Under the pieces are notes generated by a model. That model worked only from the letters and a program-made list of their open reading frames with translations, made no database searches and was not told where the DNA came from. Shown piece by piece: positions 57,826-64,000 of a DNA stretch of 64,000 nucleotides; position 1 is the first letter of the stretch, and each line of letters starts with the position of its first letter. The translations under genes were made by a program, and so were the position numbers. The stretch is from Polyangiaceae bacterium. GTDB taxonomy: Bacteria; Myxococcota_A; Polyangia; Polyangiales; Polyangiaceae. Location of the stretch: NCBI GenBank assembly GCA_044376115.1, contig JBILLK010000020.1, forward strand, positions 32,001 to 96,000, given 5' to 3'.

Positions 57826-58428
57826 TCAGCGGACCGTGAGCTTGTCGTCGCCCAGCTGGCAAACGGGGTCACAATCGGGGCCATTGGGGCGTACTTCCTT
57901 GTACTGAGGTGCCGACTTCAGCTCACCGACCTTCTTGCCGTCCCGGGACACCGTGATGGTGGCGGCCTTCGGAGAGGAGGGCAGCTTGAGTTCGCTGAGG
58001 ACGGCGGGAGCTGCGCCCTTTTCAGAGGCCTTCTCGCAACCGGCGGTCACCGCGCTGATTTCAACGTCTCCGCCGCACTTCGGCGCCTTGTCCCCGCAGA
58101 ATCCAGGGACCGCGAAGGTGCACGAGCCCTTCTTACCGTCGGCTTCAACCTCGATCAGGTATTTGCCTTTGGCCAGCTTGTCCCCACCTTCGACCGCGAC
58201 GGTGAGGGCGCCCTTGCAGCCGGCGCGCGTGCATACTTTGCCGAAGTTGGGCAGCGTTGGCTGGCTGCTGGCCGAGCCCGTCGCAGCGACGCTGGCGACC
58301 GCCGTCGCCGTGGCAGTGGCCGGCGCAACGACGCTGGGCGTGGTGTCATCTGGCGTTTTATCACCGTCCTCGACCGTTACGACGCAACCCGAAACCAAGG
58401 CGACCGAGAGAACCAACGCGAGCTTCAT
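57826..58428 (-). CDS. Hypothetical lipoprotein
   Basis: Lipobox VSGC, Thr/Ala linker, CTRAGC...RPNGPDCDPVC. Confidence 0.8.
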   Translation of the reverse strand: MKLALVLSVALVSGCVVTVEDGDKTPDDTTPSVVAPATATATAVASVAATGSASSQPTLPNFGKVCTRAGCKGALTVAVEGGDKLAKGKYLIEVEADGKKGSCTFAVPGFCGDKAPKCGGDVEISAVTAGCEKASEKGAAPAVLSELKLPSSPKAATITVSRDGKKVGELKSAPQYKEVRPNGPDCDPVCQLGDDKLTVR

Positions 58429-58566
58429 CGCTGCGCTCTAAGAGAACCTCGCACGAGAGGCAAGCCATGGTCGGTGGGAGGCCGTGGTTGGGGTGATTGG
58501 GCGGAACTTGGCCCGACCTTTGGGTCTATGCGACCTCGAACGCGTGAATATGTCCGGAGCTAGATC

Positions 58567-61149
58567 GTGACGCGGACCGACCGCTCGGAGAGCGAACTCT
58601 CTACCCTTCGAAAGCGAGCTCTGGAGCTAGCTTCGGCTCGCAAGGAGCGGCCCACGACCGTGCACCTGCTCGCCGCTATCGCAGGCCGACCGGGGCAAGC
58701 GCAGGAGCTCCTGGCGACACGCGGACTCGACGAAGAGACGCTGCTCAAGGCGGGCCGCTCCTTCGACGAAAGCCTGGCAGATCCGATCGCCGTGAGCTTG
58801 GGCGTCGCCAAAGACGTCGCAAAGCGAGCACGCGGCCCAGTTTCCACCGACGACGGCAAACGCGGTCAGCCCAGCATCAGCCCCGATTCGAAGATGACGC
58901 ATCTCGAGCCGAACGCGCTGCATTTGTTGGTTGCGCTCTTGTCCGAACGACAGCTCGCAGCCCATCGCGCGCTCTCTCTCACCGGGGTTGATACCTCGCG
59001 TCTGCGAACCGCCGCGCTCGCGCTCGCGCTGGGCGTTCTGCCACAGCGGCGAGCCGTAACGCCGCTGAGTGAACAAGCCCGTGCAGCCTCGACGGTGCCG
59101 GTTTCACCGCGCTGGAAGCCTGAGCCTCCGAACCACAACGCGCCTCGCGTCGTGCCGCTGTTTCAACAGCCGAAGCGGTCAGTAGCGCCTTCGACGCCGC
59201 CGCCGAGCAACGCCGAAGCCAAGCCGGTGGAGCAAGCCAAACTGGGCGACGGTGCGAGCAAATTGCGCAGTCGACAACCGGCACGCAAGCCGGAGCCAAT
59301 AGCGCCTGCCCCCGCGAGCTCTCGCGAAGGCCAGACGATCGCACCTGCTACGACGAGCCCGCCGGCCGCAGACACCTCTGGCATGCCTACGCTGATCAGC
59401 TTGCGGGCGGCGGCAGTGCCCACCACCACGATCGTCGGTCGCGATGATGAACTCGCTCGCGCGCTCGATACGTTGTCGAAGCACAACGGCAACGCCATCG
59501 CGTTGATCGGCTCGAGCGGGGTTGGAAAGAGCACGCTGATCCGTGCGCTCGCGGCGCCGCTCGCCGCTCACAAGCGTCCGCTGCTGGAGATCGGCTTGGG
59601 GGCGCTGCTCGCCTCGGGGCCGCGCGGCGGGTTGGCGGACAAGCTGGGCATGGTGTTCGAAGAACTGCGCGCCCAACGTAGCGGCGCCGTCTTGTTCATC
59701 GACGACCTGCACGATCTTCTTGGCGCCTCCGACGACATCGTGAGCGAGCTCAAGACGCAGCTCGCGAGCTCCGACGTTGGCTTTGTCACAGCTACTACGC
59801 CGGAGATGTACCGTCGATTGATCGAGAACGACGCTCAACTCACCCGCCGACTCGTGCCGATCTTCGTCGAGGAACCAGACGAAGAGGAGGCGTTCTTGAT
59901 GACCCGCGCGGCTCTCCCCTCGTTCGCGAAGCACCATCGCGTGGTCTTCTCGGACCTGGCGATCGCGGCCGCGGTCAGCTGGACGATCCGCTATTTGCCC
60001 GGCCGTTCATTGCCCGAGAAAGCCATCGCGACGCTGGATCTCGCGGCGGCGAGAGCACGCCGTAAAGACCTCGGTGCCGACGTTGAGATCACGCCCGAGG
60101 ACGTCGCGCGTGCGCTCGCCGCCGAGGTGGACGTGCCGGTGACCCGCATGCTCGAGAGCGACGGCCAACGCATGCTGGCGCTCGAAGAGCACCTCGGGAA
60201 ACTCGTGATCGGCCATGAGGGCACGGTCAAGACCATCGCCGGGCATCTGCGCAAATCAGCTGTCGGGCTGCGAGGTAAGCGACCGCTCGGCTCCTTCTTG
60301 TTGCTTGGACCCACCGGCGTCGGAAAGACCGAGACCGCAAAAGCGGTGGCCGAGGTCATGTTCGGCTCAAGCGACGCAATGACGAGAATCGATCTGTCCG
60401 AATACGGCGAGGCCCACTCGGTGGCGCGTCTGCTTGGTGCACCGCCTGGCTATGTTGGACACGAGTCCGGCGGGCAGCTCACCGAGGCCGTTCGAAAGCG
60501 CGCCTACCAAGTCATCCTGCTCGACGAGCTGGAGAAGGCGCACACCGATGTGCTGCTCGCCTTCCTTCAAGTGCTCGACGAAGGCCACCTCACCGATGGC
60601 CGCGGTCGTCGAGTCGACTTCAAGAACACCGTACTCTTCGCAACGTCCAATCTTGGTTCGCGCGACGTGGCGGAGGCGTTGTCGGGTCGCAGCGTTGGCT
60701 TCGGTGGGCAGCGGGGTGGCTCGTCGCAGGGGCTCTCCGAGAAGGCCATCGGGGCCGCAAAAAAGGCCCTACCGATCGAGCTGTTCAATCGCTTCGACGA
60801 GGTGCTCTTCTTTGCGCCGCTCTCGCGGCCTGAGGTTCGGTCGATCGCCAAGAAGCTGATGGGCGAGCTCAGCCGCATGCTCGAGGCGCGCGACATGCGG
60901 CTCGAGGTCGATGACGCGGCGCTCGACGTACTGCTCGATAGCGGCGGCTTTCAACCTGAGCTCGGCGCGAGGCCGATGCGACGGGTGCTCGCGCGCTTGG
61001 TGGAAGCTCCCATCGCCGAGATGCTATTGCGCGGTGAACTCAGGCCTGGAATGGTCGCGCTCGTCGGCGAAGAGGACGGGAACATTCTCGTCGATGCAGT
61101 GGATCGAACGGCGAGCGCCATACCGCCAGCGGTCGCGCTGCTTTCGTAA
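58567..61149 (+). CDS. Clp protease ATP-binding subunit (ClpA/ClpC-like, no M-domain), first AAA module divergent
   Basis: Clp-N-like repeats (HLLAAI, HLLVALL). D1 GSSGVGKS/LFIDDLH. D2 GPTGVGKTE, PPGYVG, LLDELEKAH, VGF loop, GARPMRR. Confidence 0.88.
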   Translation: MTRTDRSESELSTLRKRALELASARKERPTTVHLLAAIAGRPGQAQELLATRGLDEETLLKAGRSFDESLADPIAVSLGVAKDVAKRARGPVSTDDGKRGQPSISPDSKMTHLEPNALHLLVALLSERQLAAHRALSLTGVDTSRLRTAALALALGVLPQRRAVTPLSEQARAASTVPVSPRWKPEPPNHNAPRVVPLFQQPKRSVAPSTPPPSNAEAKPVEQAKLGDGASKLRSRQPARKPEPIAPAPASSREGQTIAPATTSPPAADTSGMPTLISLRAAAVPTTTIVGRDDELARALDTLSKHNGNAIALIGSSGVGKSTLIRALAAPLAAHKRPLLEIGLGALLASGPRGGLADKLGMVFEELRAQRSGAVLFIDDLHDLLGASDDIVSELKTQLASSDVGFVTATTPEMYRRLIENDAQLTRRLVPIFVEEPDEEEAFLMTRAALPSFAKHHRVVFSDLAIAAAVSWTIRYLPGRSLPEKAIATLDLAAARARRKDLGADVEITPEDVARALAAEVDVPVTRMLESDGQRMLALEEHLGKLVIGHEGTVKTIAGHLRKSAVGLRGKRPLGSFLLLGPTGVGKTETAKAVAEVMFGSSDAMTRIDLSEYGEAHSVARLLGAPPGYVGHESGGQLTEAVRKRAYQVILLDELEKAHTDVLLAFLQVLDEGHLTDGRGRRVDFKNTVLFATSNLGSRDVAEALSGRSVGFGGQRGGSSQGLSEKAIGAAKKALPIELFNRFDEVLFFAPLSRPEVRSIAKKLMGELSRMLEARDMRLEVDDAALDVLLDSGGFQPELGARPMRRVLARLVEAPIAEMLLRGELRPGMVALVGEEDGNILVDAVDRTASAIPPAVALLS

Positions 61150-61243
61150 CGTGGAGCGACGGCGGATACCGGCGCTACCAGCGCCTCGAGTTGTCGACGG
61201 CGCCCCTTCCCCCGACGCGCCGTTCTGTTAGAGGAGCTAGCCG

Positions 61244-62494
61244 ATGGCCACTGAAGCAAGCGCAAAGACCCCGGGAGACTTAAACGAGCGTTCGGTGCGC
61301 TTGGCGATCCTGGTCGCGGCCTTGGGCTACTTCGTCGACATCTACGACCTGATCTTGTTCTCGTTCGTCGGCAAATCGAGTTTGAAGGACATGGGCGTAG
61401 AGGCCTCCTTGATCGACTCGACGTACGAAGGGGTCTTCAACACCCAGATGCTGGGCATGCTGGTCGGTGGGGTGCTTTGGGGCGTGCTCGGCGACAAGAA
61501 AGGACGCCTCTCGGTGCTGTTTGGTAGCATCCTGATGTACTCGCTCGCCAACGTCGCCAACGGCTTTCTGGAGACCACCACCTACTACGCGCACCTGCGT
61601 TTCATCGCCGGAGTGGGCCTGGCGGGGGAGCTCGGAGCTGGCGTCACCCTGGTCGGTGAAATCATGAGTCGCTCCTCTCGCGGGTGGGGCGCGACGATCA
61701 TCGCTGGGGTCGGCGTAACCGGGGCGCTCGCCGCCGGCCTCGTCGACAAGCTCGCCTCCTGGCGCACGGCCTACTTCATCGGTGGGGCGATGGGGCTCGC
61801 GCTGCTCCTCTTGCGGGTGGGCGTGCGCGAGTCCGGCATGTTCGAGTCGGTCAAGAACGACAAGGCGGTGAGTCGCGGTAACTTCTTCGCGCTGTTCACC
61901 GACGGCAATCGGGCGCTTCGCTACATCTCGGTGATCCTGACGGGCGTACCGATTTGGTACCTGATCGGCATTCTAGCGATTCGTGCGCCCAAGCTCGGTA
62001 AAGACATGGGCATCAGCGAGACCATCACCGGCCGCACCGCGATCATCCTCGCGTACAGCGGGCTCGCGCTGGGTGATCTCGCGAGCGGCATCGTCTCGCA
62101 GTGGCTGCAGAGTCGCCGACGGGCGGTCGCTTTTTTCATCGCCTTGGCCGGCCTCGGTTCGACCATCTACTTCACGCTCGGACGCAGCTCCGTTGACATG
62201 CTGTACGCCTCTTGCTTCATCGCAGGGCTCGGCGGCGGCTATTGGGCCGTGTTCGTCACCATGGCGTCCGAGCAGTTCGGCACCAACTTGCGCTCGACCG
62301 TCACCACCACCGCGCCCAACTTCGTGCGCGGCTCGCTCGTGCTCGTGAGCATGTTCATTTCGGCCATCGAACCGGCGCTAGGCGTGTGGAAGGCGGCGAT
62401 GGTGGCGGGGGTCGTGTGCCTCGCGATCGGCCTTCTGTCGCTGTTGCCGCTGCGAGAGTCCTTCGGCAAGGACCTCAACTTTGTCGAAGAGTGA
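61244..62494 (+). CDS. MFS transporter
   Basis: VAALGYFVDIYDL, WGVLGDKKGRLSVLFGSI, RFIAGVGLAGELGAG, EQFGTNLRSTVTTTAPNFVRG. Confidence 0.92.
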   Translation: MATEASAKTPGDLNERSVRLAILVAALGYFVDIYDLILFSFVGKSSLKDMGVEASLIDSTYEGVFNTQMLGMLVGGVLWGVLGDKKGRLSVLFGSILMYSLANVANGFLETTTYYAHLRFIAGVGLAGELGAGVTLVGEIMSRSSRGWGATIIAGVGVTGALAAGLVDKLASWRTAYFIGGAMGLALLLLRVGVRESGMFESVKNDKAVSRGNFFALFTDGNRALRYISVILTGVPIWYLIGILAIRAPKLGKDMGISETITGRTAIILAYSGLALGDLASGIVSQWLQSRRRAVAFFIALAGLGSTIYFTLGRSSVDMLYASCFIAGLGGGYWAVFVTMASEQFGTNLRSTVTTTAPNFVRGSLVLVSMFISAIEPALGVWKAAMVAGVVCLAIGLLSLLPLRESFGKDLNFVEE

Positions 62495-62519
62495 CCGTGG
62501 ATCGTTCGGTCGTGCCTAA

Positions 62520-62894
62520 CTAGCTTGGCCGCTTGCGGCGCGGTGGGCGCAGCGTCGCCAGGGTTGAGCCCAGCCCATCCGATCGGAATACGATCACCAG
62601 CGGGTGACGGGACAACTGCTTCTGCACGCGCTGGCGTTGCACGCCCTTACCGCGACCGTGAATCACGCGAACCTCGGGGAGCCCTTTCTCAGCGGCTTCG
62701 CGCAGGTATTCATCGACCACCGACGGGATGTCTCGCGGCGCAAAGTGGTGCAGATCGATCGAGGCCTCGATCGGCACGACCAGCACCTCGTCGCTTGGCT
62801 CGCCTTCAGGCTCGGGCTCCGACGCCAGCACGACCGCGTGAGCGCGCGTGCCGAAAAGCCAATCACGCACCCGCTGCCACAAGCTGCTCGGCAC
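62520..62894 (-). CDS. Stand-alone Smr/MutS2-C domain protein
   Basis: IDLHHF...YLREA..VRVIHGRGKGVQR. Confidence 0.88.
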   Translation of the reverse strand: MPSSLWQRVRDWLFGTRAHAVVLASEPEPEGEPSDEVLVVPIEASIDLHHFAPRDIPSVVDEYLREAAEKGLPEVRVIHGRGKGVQRQRVQKQLSRHPLVIVFRSDGLGSTLATLRPPRRKRPS

Positions 62895-62909
62895 GGTTGG
62901 CGGTGGACC

Positions 62910-63686
62910 TCAGACTGGCCGCTTCGATCGGATCACAGCGTTGCGTAGGCCGGTGGGAAGCGCGTTGCCCGCCGCGATACCGAAGGCGAGCGGAAACGGA
63001 AAGCGCACCGTGCGCTTCTTGCGTCGAAGCCCGGTATCGATGATGCGAGCCGCGCGGTCCAGCTCGACGATGAACGGCATTTCAAAGCGGTTCTTGTCGG
63101 TGAGCGGCGTTTTCACGAAACCGGGCCGCACGTCGGTCACGGTGATGCCGTGTGGCTCGAGATCACTGGCCGCTGAAGCGAGAAAAAAGCTGAGTGCGCA
63201 CTTGCTCGTGCCGTAGTCGGCGGCAGTCGGCAGAGGAACCTCCCCGGCCAAGCTTGTTACGCCCACCAAGTGCCCGGACCCACGCTGAATCATCGAAGGG
63301 ATGACCGGCAACAGCGTCGCAACCGCGCCCAGGTAGTTGGTCTCGATCGTCTCGCGCATGCCGGCCAGTGTTTGCCTGGCCACAGGCTGCTGCGACCCGC
63401 CGATGCCAGCGTTGGCCACCACGAGATTGAAGCCGCCGACCTCTTCGTTGAGCTTCGATACCGTCGCCTCAGTGGCCTCGGGTTGCGAAACATCCAAGCT
63501 GACCGCATGGGCGCGGCCGCCGTTTGCCACGATCTCGGTCACCAGCTCATCCAGGGCGGTTCGGCGGCGGGCGGCAACCCAAATCTCAAAACCACGCTGC
63601 GCGAGCACACCCGCAAGCGCTCGGCCGATGCCACTCGAAGCGCCGGTTATCAGCGCTTTTCCTGCGAAGCTCGCGTCGTCAGCCAC
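62910..63686 (-). CDS. SDR-family oxidoreductase
   Basis: ITGASSGIGRALA, ANAGI, YGTSK, PGFVKTPLT. Confidence 0.92.
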   Translation of the reverse strand: MADDASFAGKALITGASSGIGRALAGVLAQRGFEIWVAARRRTALDELVTEIVANGGRAHAVSLDVSQPEATEATVSKLNEEVGGFNLVVANAGIGGSQQPVARQTLAGMRETIETNYLGAVATLLPVIPSMIQRGSGHLVGVTSLAGEVPLPTAADYGTSKCALSFFLASAASDLEPHGITVTDVRPGFVKTPLTDKNRFEMPFIVELDRAARIIDTGLRRKKRTVRFPFPLAFGIAAGNALPTGLRNAVIRSKRPV

Positions 63687-63687
63687 G

Positions 63688-64000
63688 TCACTCCTTCGGT
63701 CGGTCGAGACCGCGTCTCAACGTCTCGGTCCCCAACCAATCGAGGCCTCGAATCGGCTCCCTTTGCGAGTGGGCATCCTCCTCGAGCGCGACGGCCAGAG
63801 CCTCAACCTGTTCACTACATGACGAAAAACGCATGGCCGGAATCACGTCGCAAGCGCGCTTGAACCAGCTGTCGAAGGCGGGGCCAATCACAAGGGCGGA
63901 ACGAACGCCGCGCGCAGCCACAACGGCAGAGGGCGCCAACTTGGGACCAGCAACGATCGCCGCCAAAAGGTCCGACATCGGGGCTGGGGACCAATAGCTC
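63688..64000 (-). CDS. Hypothetical protein, probably 5'-truncated by the window edge
   Basis: The frame is open to the window end and its stop lies 1 bp before the SDR start. No recognisable motif. Confidence 0.45.
   Translation of the reverse strand, partial: SYWSPAPMSDLLAAIVAGPKLAPSAVVAARGVRSALVIGPAFDSWFKRACDVIPAMRFSSCSEQVEALAVALEEDAHSQREPIRGLDWLGTETLRRGLDRPKE

Noticed and set aside
62520..62894. Smr protein as a defence or mobile-element nuclease
   Set aside because: It is an ordinary stand-alone Smr gene in a housekeeping context (SDR, MFS) with no supporting neighbours.

Overview
GC-rich, gene-dense chromosomal window, most likely from a Sorangiineae/Polyangiaceae-type myxobacterium. 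This is inferred from two MYXO-CTERM-like proteins, Gly-rich lipoproteins, three Ser/Thr kinases and two PEGA/TPR proteins. It holds about 44 CDSs and one tRNA-Arg(CCG). I see no integrase, transposase, CRISPR array or phage gene. Housekeeping genes include hrpA, tesB, tmk, panC, ppk1, a glutathione peroxidase, a cyclophilin and a Clp ATPase. Three things stand out. (1) A four-gene amide-ligase/transglutaminase operon (45613->38092): DUF2126 transglutaminase-amidoligase, circularly permuted ATP-grasp, alpha-E protein, and a class-II-GATase/NTN domain fused to a transglutaminase. The NTN domain has Pro where the family's N-terminal catalytic Cys belongs. (2) A ~540-bp array of alternating 14-bp inverted repeats packed with C-GNA-G triloop mini-hairpins (25401-25940). 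A 25-bp module of it recurs 30 kb away in the OmpA-gene 3' UTR with a compensatory base-pair change, which suggests a REP/BIME-like family. (3) A translationally coupled pair: a kinase-HEAT protein and a 1696-aa pseudo-HD-GYP/Gln-repeat/J-domain/TPR protein. All calls come from motif recognition by eye. No database searches were run.
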